Shown one piece after another: positions 50,201 to 59,549 of a DNA stretch of 64,000 nucleotides. A program made the position numbers and the translations under genes. How positions within the stretch are numbered: position 1 is the stretch's first letter; each line of letters starts with the position of its first letter. The notes under the pieces are model-generated. The model did no database searches, was not told the origin of the DNA, and worked only from the letters and a program-made list of their open reading frames with translations. Origin of the DNA: Amphiscolops sp. MND2022 (Eukaryota); the NCBI GenBank assembly GCA_964187785.1, contig OZ076409.1, positions 64,358,001 through 64,422,000 on the forward strand. Reading direction: 5' to 3'.

Positions 50201-53200
50201 CATGCGTTGGGCCCCAAATGGAATCACTAATCTGATACCCTTGTAGTGAGTCTAGGCAAAAGTCCTTCACCACAAAAAAGATAACACAAAGATTAGTGTT
50301 GAGCTAACTTCAGCGGTGAACGACCCAATTGGCCTCGTTGATCCCTAAGCAATTGGTCACGGTGCCTTGAATAAAAATGCCTTCAAAATGAAGATCGATA
50401 AATTTTCATGTACGAAGGCTTCACTCGTTAGAAGGGCAGCCAGTTTTCGTCGACAAGCGTGTACCTGAGATCCCTGAACCTGGGAGGCGACGCATTGATT
50501 TATGTGAAGTCAAGCGATAATCCGGCCGATTGTGGGACACGCACCGTTAATGCAAAATCACTTCGCGACAGCACTACCCTCATCTCATTTTGAAAATTTC
50601 CCATTGGCATTTCAACCACCAACAGACGTTAAATTCAAACTGAAAACTAAAATTCCACACCTGTGTGAACCGAACAATGTTTTTTTTGAAACTGAGACTG
50701 TATTAAGTGCAACAGTAGCCAGCATCGCATCAATTCCCGAGTGGCAGAAGTGCAGCTCCTACGAACGGAGATACCTGCGCGTTGTTGCCTACGCTTTGCG
50801 TTTACCGCCAAAAAAATACGAATTGTTCGATTTCAGATTTATCACTTTTTATCAGGGTTTTCCTAGAACACCAAACAGAGCGCCATCAAGGTGTTGACTG
50901 TTTGAGGGCGGTAGTACAGCAACAGTTCGCTATCGTCGAACTTCGAGCCGCCATGGGAACAGTGGTTTCGAGATGTGTTACATCTCGCAAACGACGTGCT
51001 GATACACTCAATCCGATAATAGCGGATTTTCCCCGGGAACGACTAGCTTACAGAGAACCTACTATCATTAACACTGGCATTGACTACTTTGGGCCTTTCT
51101 ACGTTTCTGTTGAAAGGTCCACAGAGAAACGATGGGGTTTCCTGCAATAGTTAAGACCTCAACTGGAAGGTTTGTCCGCCCGATTGTGGAACTTGATCCC
51201 GTTCTCTCACCTAATTTACTAGATCCAAAGTAACAGGAGTAACGTTTGAAGGAGGAGGAACGTTTAAAGAAGCTTGGACGAAACGCTTACGGCGATCAAG
51301 GTCCGCACGTTGGTTGGTTGGCAGAGTGGAACGCGCTGTTCCCAAAAGAAAGTGGTTAGAGGAGAAAGGGTCAGAGGATCCATTTCGGTGGTCTCTGAAC
51401 TTACAGGCACAAGTGGACGGGAGTTTAGAATCTGCTCGACAACATAGACATATTGCAATTGCATCCGTGAAAAGACTTTTCGCATGAAACACATAGTGAA
51501 AGCTACTTTACGAAAAATGCTCTTTTGCTATCTCGGAATCATATTCAGTTTTGTTCATGTCCGCTTATCCACGTCAGTTTGTGAACGTTTTTCACGTTTT
51601 CATCATGATTTTGATTTGAAAACTGAGGGATTGATTTGAATCCGCTTTTACGTTGCAACTGTTCTTTGAAAATTCAATTTTTCAATCTTTCCAAACAAGA
51701 TGTTTAGTTTTATTTTTATTCTTTATTCCCTTCAATGTGTCAATTAGATTCAGCAATACTTAAAGGAAGTGATTCTTTTCTATCAGAAGTTTGATAGCTC
51801 CGTTCCTAATGAAAAAAGTTCAGGTACTTTAGAAAAACCTTTAAATCCACTAGCAGCAGTTTTAACTATAAATTCTTGTCTATCTTTTGTTAATTTTGTT
51901 TTATTTTTGTTGCATTTTGATTGGCTTGTGTTTCCGGTTGTTTTGGAGATATGACTTTATATTGACTTGAATAAGTTTCATTTTTTCGCTTTCATTAATG
52001 GTAAAACTTCATGAATAAGTCTGATAGTATAAATTTGAAACTGCATTTTCAAAACCTATATTTCGATCAGATATAAAGATATAAAACATATAAACAAAAA
52101 TAAAGAGGTACAAAAACTATCTTTTTTCTAATTTTGATATTCTGGAGAAATACCCTGTTAATGTGATTCATGATATTTACTGGAGGTGGCCATTTACAGC
52201 CGTATGAATCAAATTGAAACTCATCAACGAACATAATCCATTGTGTTCATTTAGTTGAAAGTTAATATACGATCCCACTTTCTGTGGTAGAAGCATCATC
52301 TCTCATGTGTATCCCAGCTGGAAAATTTCGTTCATTAAAGATTTTTTTCTTTTCCACGCCAGAAGTTGCTTCATCTTTTAGATCAAACTTATCAACAAAT
52401 AAGTAATTCATTTATTAGTTTTTTCCACCGAAAAACACGTCGACGAAGATTTTCTGTCATTCCTATCTTCCATACTATAAAATTAATGATTTTGAAGTTG
52501 TGAAAAATAGCTAATTTCAGGTGAAATTCATTGAAAATATTCCTATTTTAAATGTCTGACTGGCCAAGTTCGGGATTCTATAACTACGGATCGTGGCTAT
52601 TGTTTAAATGATGAGGATGACTCTAACCTTTATTTGCGCAATAATCAGCATAGTAATCAGGGTAGTAATCACACTTCCAATTTGTCCCAGCAGCCGCTTG
52701 ACCTATAAATTTGGTGAAAGTCATTTTTTAAATTCCCCTGATGAATATCAACTTTGTAACTTTCGAAAATCAGCAATTTCATTTTTTATTGCTTGTTTCG
52801 GATTGTTTTTGTTTTAATGAATCAGAAATTTTGTTGGAGGACTATGAATTAGTAAAAAATTCACCACCGAAAAAGCTAAGTTGCAATGACTACTTTTGGC
52901 ACTTGAGCTTTTACAGATGGTTTAGAATTCACTTAAATTTTATTCCAGATTTAAACCGTGTTTTAGAGAGCTATGTCATTTTGAACAAACCGGGAACGGC
53001 TTCAAGTCGGCGCTATCTTCAAGGCTCTAAAATAGCAAAAGGGCTTCAAAGTGTCAAAGTATTCTCTTCTACAGTATCCGAAAAACCAAATGTTGGACAG
53101 GATTGGCGCGCCAGGCGCGGAAAGGGGGGACGCATTGAGATTTTTCATCCATTCTTTCTCAAATCATCAAAAAAATGACGGGGGACCCTTGGTGATAAAA

Positions 53201-53633
53201 AAATTTTTTTCTTGCAAAAAAGTCTCACCATGCCGAAAAAAACCTTTAGTCTCGCTCGGTGATGTATGTTACGCGGTAAAAAAGGAAAAACATTTTTGGT
53301 TCAGTTTTCTGGGCCAACAGGTACAATTTGGCGCCTTAAAATTCGTACAACTTTTGGTAGAAGTATTTTGGTCACTTCAGGTGTATCGAAAAAAAAACAC
53401 TGACGAAAAACCATGAGTTTATTTGACTCTTTTCTGAAGAAGAGCGCTGACTAAAAATTGAATCAAATCAGAAAAACTGCAACAAAAGTAAATAAAATGG
53501 GCGGATTAAGCACAGGACTATTGAAGTATTGTAACGCTGAACTTCACAACTATTAGATACTGATTTCCAAATACTACTAACTGATGCAGGAAACAAGGAT
53601 AACGATCTTGGCGATTCCTGAAACAGAGATCAT
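7766..53633 (-). CDS. Gene A (whole span): secreted multidomain protein with signal peptide, Cys-loop module, Thr-rich linkers and four F-type lectin/discoidin-like domains, ~677 aa, 14 coding exons
   Basis: Manual exon chain on minus strand: 53582-53633, 52628-52702, 28057-28122, 27167-27364, 22115-22327, 21371-21565, 20948-21034, 19999-20226, 19371-19562, 19066-19269, 18492-18581, 18377-18400, 18062-18277, 7766-7959. All introns are GT-AG and phase 1. Total 2034 nt, open to TGA at 7766-7768. Each domain ends in an L-x-x-C-E-h-x-h motif typical of F-type lectin domains. Linking the first two exons across the 24.5-kb intron is inference. Confidence 0.75.
8780..9870. repeat. Degenerate ~180-bp tandem repeat array inserted in the Gypsy element
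   Basis: ctc(a)..actga...ata....cc and taggctacatttt-like motifs recur near 8858, 9032, 9207, 9387, 9569 and 9758. Confidence 0.65.
10008..10387 (+). mobile_element. Short interspersed repeat family A (Helentron/DINE-1-like non-autonomous element)
   Basis: Begins tttttagtcggcg, ends ggcgccaactt + gggccg-tttc-cggctc hairpin + gtt; subterminal inverted repeat plus 3' hairpin; several copies in the window. Confidence 0.6.
10982..17172. repeat. Tandem triplication, period 2062 bp
   Basis: Units start at 10982, 13044 and 15106; equivalent ORFs recur at 11326/13388/15450 and 11631/13693/15755; the same junction gaaagttcaat-tggcatctagag occurs twice. Confidence 0.97.
18062..18277 (-). CDS. Gene A exon 13: domain 4 N-half (VDAGKALKF...VFDGSLSRKVSDNVCFVS...GWIELML...VSKVAIIPKGN)
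   Basis: tttgtag|TT acceptor, G|gtgagt donor, 216 nt; ungapped ~60% aa identity to exon 62149-62364. Confidence 0.9.
18377..18400 (-). CDS. Gene A exon 12: 24-nt microexon (K)PVCPEFT
   Basis: tttttcag|AA acceptor and consensus ACAG|gtgagt donor; phase 1-1. Confidence 0.7.
18492..18581 (-). CDS. Gene A exon 11: mucin-like poly-Thr linker (APKTTTTTTTTTTTTKSTSTTTTTSSTTTP)
   Basis: attttag|CT acceptor, A|gtaaga donor, 90 nt; ACN codon run with varied third positions. Confidence 0.8.
19066..19269 (-). CDS. Gene A exon 10: domain 3 C-half (GENEIKGVVVKICEKGGSCSQC...LAFCEVQV)
   Basis: ttttcaacag|GT acceptor, AAAG|gtaaga donor, 204 nt. Confidence 0.85.
19371..19562 (-). CDS. Gene A exon 9: domain 3 N-half (GQIYITGG...TPSTCYCS...FLDIPRSKVSRVKLLSY)
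   Basis: ttgttcag|GG acceptor, G|gttagc donor, 192 nt. Confidence 0.85.
19999..20226 (-). CDS. Gene A exon 8: domain 2 C-half (GSPDMTDVAVSICTNGKSCQSC...LSFCEIEV)
   Basis: ttaccag|GT acceptor, G|gtaagt donor, 228 nt. Confidence 0.85.
20948..21034 (-). CDS. Gene A exon 7: 29-aa Cys-loop insert in domain 2 (AGEPTETRVCAYRFYQWVYDNCQYETTYT), possible cassette exon
   Basis: Strong acceptor aatttttcag|CT, donor ACAG|gttaga, 87 nt, phase 1-1, open frame with a Cys pair; no counterpart between the halves of domain 3. Confidence 0.6.
21371..21565 (-). CDS. Gene A exon 6: domain 2 N-half (GQGIFIYDG...TPNTCYES...LDIPHSEVRQVKLMAS)
   Basis: cttccag|GC acceptor, G|gtgagt donor, 195 nt. Confidence 0.85.
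22115..22327 (-). CDS. Gene A exon 5: domain 1 C-half (NEMIGTVVQVCTNGGKCSQC...LAFCEIDI)
   Basis: tgtcag|AT acceptor, G|gtatct donor, 213 nt; homologous to exons at 19999-20226 and 19066-19269. Confidence 0.85.
24145..24870 (-). mobile_element. Repeat family A copy (reverse orientation)
   Basis: aacaagccgagaacggc..gtcggcgcaatatctaaggctc ... gcgcccactaaaaa; reverse complement of family A ends. Confidence 0.65.
27167..27364 (-). CDS. Gene A exon 4: domain 1 N-half (ACRVYATG...TPDTCYYS...YAYLDIP...VKRVRLLSYG)
   Basis: cttcag|CT acceptor, G|gtaagc donor, 198 nt; homologous to exons at 21371-21565 and 19371-19562. Confidence 0.85.
28057..28122 (-). CDS. Gene A exon 3: Thr/Ser-rich linker DPTTSTTTSTTTKYSTTEQWES
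   Basis: Acceptor ttttctctag|AT, donor G|gtaatt, 66 nt, phase 1-1. Confidence 0.75.
29236..29268. repeat. (GA)n microsatellite
   Basis: Run of ~16 GA units. Confidence 0.95.
29925..30375. repeat. ~147-bp degenerate tandem repeat, ~3 copies
   Basis: atcggaca at 30024, 30170 and 30318; tcttgagt and ccatct.aaa recur with the same period. Confidence 0.75.
30760..33670 (+). pseudogene. Protein-primed family-B DNA polymerase (pPolB) remnant
   Basis: Fragments across frames: EQLEGSGFVF, YENHYCLVTKL, HVCRRCL..F...TLNDHIERC, YVDFEC, ARDHDH..YRGAAHNICN, NFSGYDSHL, KMDVLLVTDI, LDADNSYGWTVSQLLP, QLQYMNTDNF (YxDTDS-like), QSKSY. Confidence 0.85.
34665..34899 (+). repeat. Repeat family B copy carrying a tRNA(Gly-GCC)-like pseudogene (34781-34850)
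   Basis: A box TGGCACAGTTGG, anticodon arm tgc-CTGCCAG-gca, B box GGTTCGAACCC; acceptor stem does not pair; 3' tail shared with 2681-2716. Confidence 0.65.
37230..37740 (-). pseudogene. Polinton-type retroviral-like (rve) integrase remnant
   Basis: AEKLFSPV...KYNENYMFIF, EWVIPLPNKSGTTTTQSF.NLI..KRKHNKMWFDRCTKF, LKQNEIQIY - resembles the W-x-x-PLKNK...KLWxDxGxEF pattern; disrupted. Confidence 0.75.
38240..38720 (+). pseudogene. A32/FtsK-like DNA packaging ATPase remnant
   Basis: Degenerate Walker A RTVLVGCSICGE, Walker B-like CVIILDML, FFTGGRLNDLDVFLLQTYFEIP, then MSYDELKSLCRDTW. Confidence 0.72.
40364..40630 (-). pseudogene. Polinton-like minor capsid (penton)-type C-terminal remnant
   Basis: KVHLKCDCVDGS...ILFSF...PRGF...LFYEKINKTRLNKIQFFLEDSNYDPVDFNDVSLTFT; identification from remembered motif shape only. 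Confidence 0.5.
42300..51210 (+). mobile_element. Degenerate BEL/Pao retrotransposon split by a nested Gypsy element
   Basis: gag with CAACKVKHPLLRC / LCCLC / HTRFLHG knuckles to ~43270; resumes at 48770 with protease VLAVCDSACNQSW, LPLG..LSGP, YLHHPVVHPHKPG, GGFKLTK, SSDNPAD, NTGIDYFGPFYV and terminal RPIVELDP. Confidence 0.87.
43294..48769 (+). mobile_element. Two-LTR Ty3/Gypsy element, degenerate, with 5-bp TSD
   Basis: LTRs 43294-43500 and 48558-48769 (TG...CA); PPT poly-G at 48545-48557; TSD GTTGC/GTAGC; LMGLDWM, RT ILDFDYAYEQ and WLDDII, RNase H YAINELELLAVVWGLEH, integrase GHP...CEECVPC and IRTDND. Confidence 0.92.
51211..51494 (-). mobile_element. Inverted BEL/Pao integrase fragment
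   Basis: VEQILNSRPLVPVS...DPLT / NHFLLG motifs on the minus strand abutting the plus-strand BEL end. Confidence 0.75.
52628..52702 (-). CDS. Gene A exon 2: (S)QAAAGTNWKCDYYPDYYADYCANK, aromatic-rich two-Cys loop
   Basis: Acceptor atttatag|GT, donor G|gttaga, 75 nt, phase 1-1, no stops; completes the signal peptide. Confidence 0.6.
52985..53457 (-). mobile_element. Repeat family A copy in intron 1 of gene A
   Basis: aacaaaccgggaacggcttcaagtcggcgc...tcaaggctc ... gcgctgactaaaaa ends. Confidence 0.62.
53582..53633 (-). CDS. Gene A exon 1: signal peptide MISVSGIAKIVILVSCI
   Basis: ATG at 53633 with an in-frame upstream TGA; hydrophobic stretch; donor A|gttagt. Joined to exon 2 it reads MISVSGIAKIVILVSCISQAAA-GT, a plausible signal-peptidase site. 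Confidence 0.6.
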
Positions 53634-53899
53634 TGGATGCAATCAGTATCCTAGTGAAAACCCCGATTCCATCGGTGGTCACTACCGTGGTTATTCCACA
53701 TTCGGTGGACTTTCGATGGGCTACCAACGGATTCATTTTTTGTACAGGATGTGGCAAAACTCGTGAATGTGAACGTGCAGTCCATCGCTTAACTGTCCAG
53801 CCTTTTATCCTGATCAATCTGATTATCTATCAACTTTGACTGCCCAGGATGACCCCCTCACTTGCATCTTGCCAAATTCTTACTACAGCTTGGCAACCG

Positions 53900-54565
53900 A
53901 AAGGTTTTAGTTCTTTCTCCAGTGGGTTTAGATCTAATTACAGTGAAAAAGAGAACCTACGAACAAGGTTTTTAGACCTTTTTAGAGGATTTCATGATGG
54001 AATCAGGATTGAAGTGGAGAAACTGTTTTCGTTCTAGGGAATTTTTGTTCTTGGGCTTCAGATCCAGTGCCAGTGCTTTTTAGATAATCGAGTGGTTTCA
54101 ATTCTCAATTCTCTGGTTTTAGGTTTTATTCCAGTACTTTTAGATCTTATTCCAGTAATTTTTAGACAAATTTAGCGATCTTTGGAGATAATTCCGATGG
54201 TGTTAGATCTTCTTTCAGTTTTCAAAAATGTTTCAGTGGTTTTTGATGTTTTTAGTGGTTATAAAGAGTATTCAGCACTTTTATAGTTTTGAATGAATTT
54301 CAGATTTTAAATATCTAATTAGTATTTTCAATAGTATATTTTTTCATGTTTTTTTCTCGATATCAAGCAGCTCGTGAGAAATTTTTGTTGCCATCTCGGG
54401 CTTCTCAATAAAATTTTTCTTGCCATCTTGTGCCTCTTTGTAAAATTTTTCTTGGAAATCTGTCTGTCTTGATAAGATTTTACCTTGGCAAAATGCATAC
54501 CATAGCAAGATGTTAGCCAAGATTGTATCAATCTTAGTAAGATATCTTCGAAGGGTCAACCCGGT
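53900..54565. repeat. Degenerate short-unit repeats (TTTTAGATCTTATTCC type; TCTTG/CAAGA MITE-like remnant)
   Basis: Reverse complement of the 2525-2650 unit at ~53925-54220; 54340-54565 resembles the subterminal repeats of the 3608-4245 MITE. Confidence 0.45.
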
Positions 54566-57215
54566 TGCTAGTGGGTTATCTTTTATCTACAACGCTACTT
54601 ACATGCCGGCTTCAAGATACGTGATGCCTATAAGTGTCCTCAAACACTTCCCAGGTTAGCGAAGTACTTCATAATAAAACTATGTGGATTTCACAGTTCG
54701 ATCATTGCAGTTTTCACCTATAAATCGAAGCTTCAAAATCCTGATAAAATTTTTGAATGCTAATTTTCCCCACCGATGACTACATATGGACCACCGGGGT
54801 GAAAGGCATAAAAGAGTGGTAAATTAGTTTCCACTGTTGGTCATTAGTTGTCCATGGATGTCCATCGACGGAGTGTCATTACGAGTAGCTTGATTATCTT
54901 GATTTTTTATCATCTCGCAAACAACTTATTTTTAGAAAACAACAATTGCTAGAAACAAAATAGTTGTTTAAATTCGTTGAAATAGATGCGCGTAAAAACA
55001 GCCGAATCAGTCTAACTTGAAAAAATTTTCTCTTCAGTTTGAATCAAAGAACAATTCGAAACACTTTGGCTTGGCGATTGACATTCAGATAGATACTCAA
55101 TTTACACTTTGACCGCTGGTGTAAATTAGTGTATTTATCAATGAAGTTTGAGCGGTTCTTTGAAGGAACAATTTCTAGTCTCCTGGTTTTCTTGATGAAT
55201 TTACAAAAAGAAGAAAGAACATTGAAAATCTTACCGCAGTATTTCTCCATTCTGTAGTGAATCTAAGAACTCCAAATGACAAAACATTCAAAACTTGCTA
55301 TTTATTTTGAGCCCTGAAACCATTTCTTTTGAAGATTGATGTGATTCAGTTACTTTTCGACAAATGCAGACAAGCAGTGGACCTGATACGAGATCTAAGA
55401 GTTTTCTCAGCATATTCGAGTAACAAAAGCGGAACACGGTGCGAACAAAATCATCAAGTGTGAAAATATGGTAGGTTTGGTCAAATCAAAACTCTTTTCA
55501 AGTTTATTGATGCACACAAGTGGGAGGAAAATTTTGGACCATCTCGAAAATAATCCACATGGTGTCCAAACCTACTTATAACTTTTTATAAGCAGAAATT
55601 CGAAAGACTGCTTTTAATCGGCCTTTTCTCCAAAAAAATTCAACCTTTTTTACAGCATCACACCGAAGATCCCACTTTATTGGCCATTTGTAAGCACTAT
55701 AAGGAGATCCATGTGCACTCTGTTTTTTTTAAAACAAAAATTTGTTTGGATCATTTTTGCACGAGCCTATAGTTGTTGAAAAGCCTAAGATATCAAGAAT
55801 GTTAGAATTTTTTAAACCGTGAATTTCTAATGACGATGCAATCAGACACCAATGAAGTACTCTGTCAAAATGAGTGAAGAAAAACCAAAGAATTTATCCG
55901 CTGGGAATTTTTCATAATTCAACATTGTCCCACGCTGCCGCCTGCGATTGCAAATTCTACTCCATCAGTGAGTTCTACGAAAGGGCCCTACTGGGAACAA
56001 TTCCCAAAAATTATGGATGAAATGGTAACGGCAAGCTGTTGTCGGTCGCTTGACACGCTAACAGAGGTGGAGGAACCTGCAGAAATGGGTAAATCGCTCG
56101 GGACGGGCGCCCATCGCCACAGATCCTTTTTGTCTCCCGGGGTGAAATACGTCCCGAGGCCGTGGGTGCTTCGACGAATACTGTCCAACCGGTCCTAGTC
56201 TTTGATTGCTAATAGCAACGGGCACTTTCCTGGCTCTCTAAAGACCACCGCTTAACTAGCATATGAAAACAAATCCAAAAAGAAGGTAAATTTCCAATTC
56301 CAGGGTGACATGGGTAACAAGTTCTAAAATGGGTAATAAGGTCTAAACTGCAAAAACTAGCGCTCGAGCTAGCTAAAACCAGTGAAAATACATCGGAACA
56401 GGCACGAATGTGGCAAACCACACAGCTAAAAGCTGGGGCGCAGGGACTCCAAGCACCAAACTAGCATAATCGAGCTACAGGACTCATTTTGCTGGTTTCC
56501 GCTACTTAAGGTAGCATAATGCTAAATTTAATGAAAACCAGCGTTAGCACCTGAAAAAGAGTCTTTTTCTAGAGTTTTTCTAAACCCTCAAGATGTTCCG
56601 TTCTCTGCGTTCTCGCTCGGTCGTGCTCGGTCGTGCTCGGTCCTCGTTTCGCATTGAAAATGGCGCATGCTCAGTGCCACGTCACACATCGAATTAGAAT
56701 TTTTGACAAAATTTCTGAACATTTCAACGTTGCAAAATCGATGTACCAGAGGTTCCCGTTACAAATTGTACTGAAGAATAAAGCAATGCATGGAATGAAG
56801 TAAATAAATTAATATGATGAGGTTAAATGTCAGTATCATTATTTCACCTGGCCTTCCCCTTCTTTCTTTTTTTATTCCTTCATACCCAAACGGACCAGTG
56901 GAAAGTCCGGACTTTCAGGCCAGAATATAATGTAACAAGAATCTGATGATTACATGCAAAGGAAAGACAAAGTTCACATGTACATTGTTATGTTTTAGAC
57001 TAACAGTTCTTTCTCCTATTTCTATAATATTTGTGAGTGATATGAACAAATGGGCTTGCGGCTACCTTTGAAAATTTATTTTAGTTACCTGATGTAATTT
57101 TGTTGCAATTATTAGAATAAATCTAGCAACAAAGCTGCTTGTATTTTCGGTGTCACTTTACTTGGAACCTCAAAGACCACGTTTGGGATAGTTTGACACA
57201 ATATAATTTGCGATT

Positions 57216-57963
57216 CCCGGGTTTCCCGACCAGGTCGATCGTCGATCATAATCTGACCATATTATGGCACCATAAAAATCATACAAATTTCCTTACTATG
57301 ATCTTGACATGATCGGCCTGGAATCATATATGGTCCAGAGTATGTTCAGCTTGAAATCATAAAATTTTGTTCCAAACGGGCGTTGGCGTAACATGCATGT
57401 AACAAACGTTTTCAAATATTGAGAACAGCCAACTTTATAGGCTGAGGGCAATAGAGCCACATTCGACCTTTTGTATCTGCGAACGATGAATTGTAGATCA
57501 GAACTCCGTTAAACTCTGAGCGGAGTTAAAGACAAACTATAGTCACTCAGTTTGTTCTAAGCCACTCTTTAGTTAATAACTAACTCTTTTGTTAGAGCAG
57601 TACCCACTCTCCAGTATGATTTTAATTTTTTTTCGAGAAAAATTACCAATAGTTCAGCAAAAGGTGCCAGAAATTGATGATTGCTACCTTGTTTTCAATT
57701 TGGTGATTGTATTGGACCTTTGGTTGAGGAATATCTTGTGATTTCATCAGTGTATGCGTTAATTGATTACATTATCCTAATTTTCTTTTATGGCTCCCGG
57801 CTATGGAACATAGCGTATCATAGACTGGACCATACATGTCCAGAGTATGGTCAGCCTGGAACAATAAACCTTTATGGTCCAGAGTATGATCAGCCTGGAA
57901 TTATACTGTGAGTATGATGGCAGAGTATGATTGACCTGTTTTCGTATGGGAGGGAAACCCGGG
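57216..57963. mobile_element. MITE with 12-bp perfect TIR
   Basis: CCCGGGTTTCCC (57216-57227) ... GGGAAACCCGGG (57952-57963); internal repeats gtccagagtatg.tcagc.tg.aa near both ends. Confidence 0.7.
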
Positions 57964-58459
57964 TTGTTATATTCATTATTGATATCATTGTTAAAACCTT
58001 ACAAAAGTTCAAAATATAATAACAAAAAATTATAAATCTTTTCGTGAAGTACACTTTTCAATGCTTCCAACCACGAGACAGAAAGCCCGAGCAAGATGCT
58101 CTAGAGAAAGGGACATACTGTCTGATTATGAAAACACTGTATGACTATGACATCTGATTACATTATGTTGTAAATCAGTTAGCTTTTTTCCAGAAGCTTG
58201 CTTTTTATGGAATGTGAACAACAAATCTCTGTTTGGGATTTCTTTCCTGTCATTGGGGTTTTCCAAGTTGACTCTTAGAGACTAACAAGTAGTTTTCAAA
58301 CACGTAAATCGATTACGAACGCAAAGACTTGAAGGCCGTTCATAACCCTTTCATCCTAGTTTGAAAGCTGATTAAAAGTTCACTTTTTATACTCATTGCT
58401 TTTTGTCAGCGGATTATGATATATCCAGATAATACTACTTTTTTCTCAATTGGTGGATT

Positions 58460-58997
58460 TTTAACATCCATTTTGTTGCAAAGTACCAAAACAAAAAAAT
58501 GAAGGGGGCCCTTTGCAGTCATTAAACAATTTTCGAAAAAAAGTCTCATAAAGACGAAAGAACAAGAAACGCAATATCCGGTATTTTTTATATTCGGTTT
58601 GGGTTAAATACGGTATGAGTTGTGTCGTTGTATCCAGTATACGTTATATCCGGAATTCGTTATATCCGCTTTGCATTGTATCCGGTTTGCGTTAAATGGG
58701 GTTTACGCCAAACAAATCCAAAGGGGGACCCTTTTGTAACATTGAAAAAGTCTCTAAAAACGTTATATCCGGAATATGTTATTCCCGGAATTCGTTATGT
58801 CCGGTTTGCGCTAAATCCGCTATTGATTGTGTTATTGTCGAAGGGGACTCCTTAGTTTTTTTGACTAACTTTGAAAAACTCTCCAGGAACGTTACAGCTT
58901 ATAAAGCTTATAAAATCTGTCACTTCGTTGGTCTTAAAAAACAAATAATAATATCCAGTACTATAGTCGTCTTTTTCTACGAATGCGCTGACTAAAA
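58460..58997 (-). repeat. Partial repeat family A copy with CGTTATATCCGG mini-repeats
   Basis: aagggggaccct and cgttatatccgg motifs, and a gcgctgactaaaaa end. Confidence 0.5.
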
Positions 58998-59549
58998 AAC
59001 AAGTCACAAGCAGCAAAACTCAGCAAAGAAGGAATTTCTTCGAACAGCCAAAACGATTTTGTCATATTCCTCAGTTCCCGACAACCGTTGCAAAAATTCT
59101 TAGTATAAAATGAATCAACTCAAACCACAAGATAAATTTACTTTAGTCAGTCCCCAGCCATCAATTTAGTGAGTAACTCAAAATAATTTTTGAGTTGCTC
59201 TCTCAAACCGTTTGCTACCGTTATGATCTCCCGCCAGGCATGATGGTTTTTCTCTAGCGTATCAGTGGTTTTCTTTTCGAATAATGTCGGAAGGTGAGAT
59301 AATCAATAAAATCTTTGGAAGAAACCTTGCAGATACCGACGAAGTTACCTGTGTTTACAGGAAATCTGCTCAGATCCTATCAGCCCTATTTGATTGTTGC
59401 AGCTGACCACATGTGTAATCCAAGTGGAAATTTGAAAATTCGAAGTTCATCTACGGATCCATCAACTATTTTCTTGAAAACTTCAGGCTAGCCTAAATAA
59501 AAAAAGTAAAATCTTCTTTCATAAAAGACGAAGATCTGAATTAACCGTA

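Noticed and set aside
52520..52707. Plus-strand reading ...YCLNDEDDSNLYLRNNQHSNQGSNH...
   Set aside because: Has an upstream in-frame stop and no partner exons; the minus-strand exon explains the region better.
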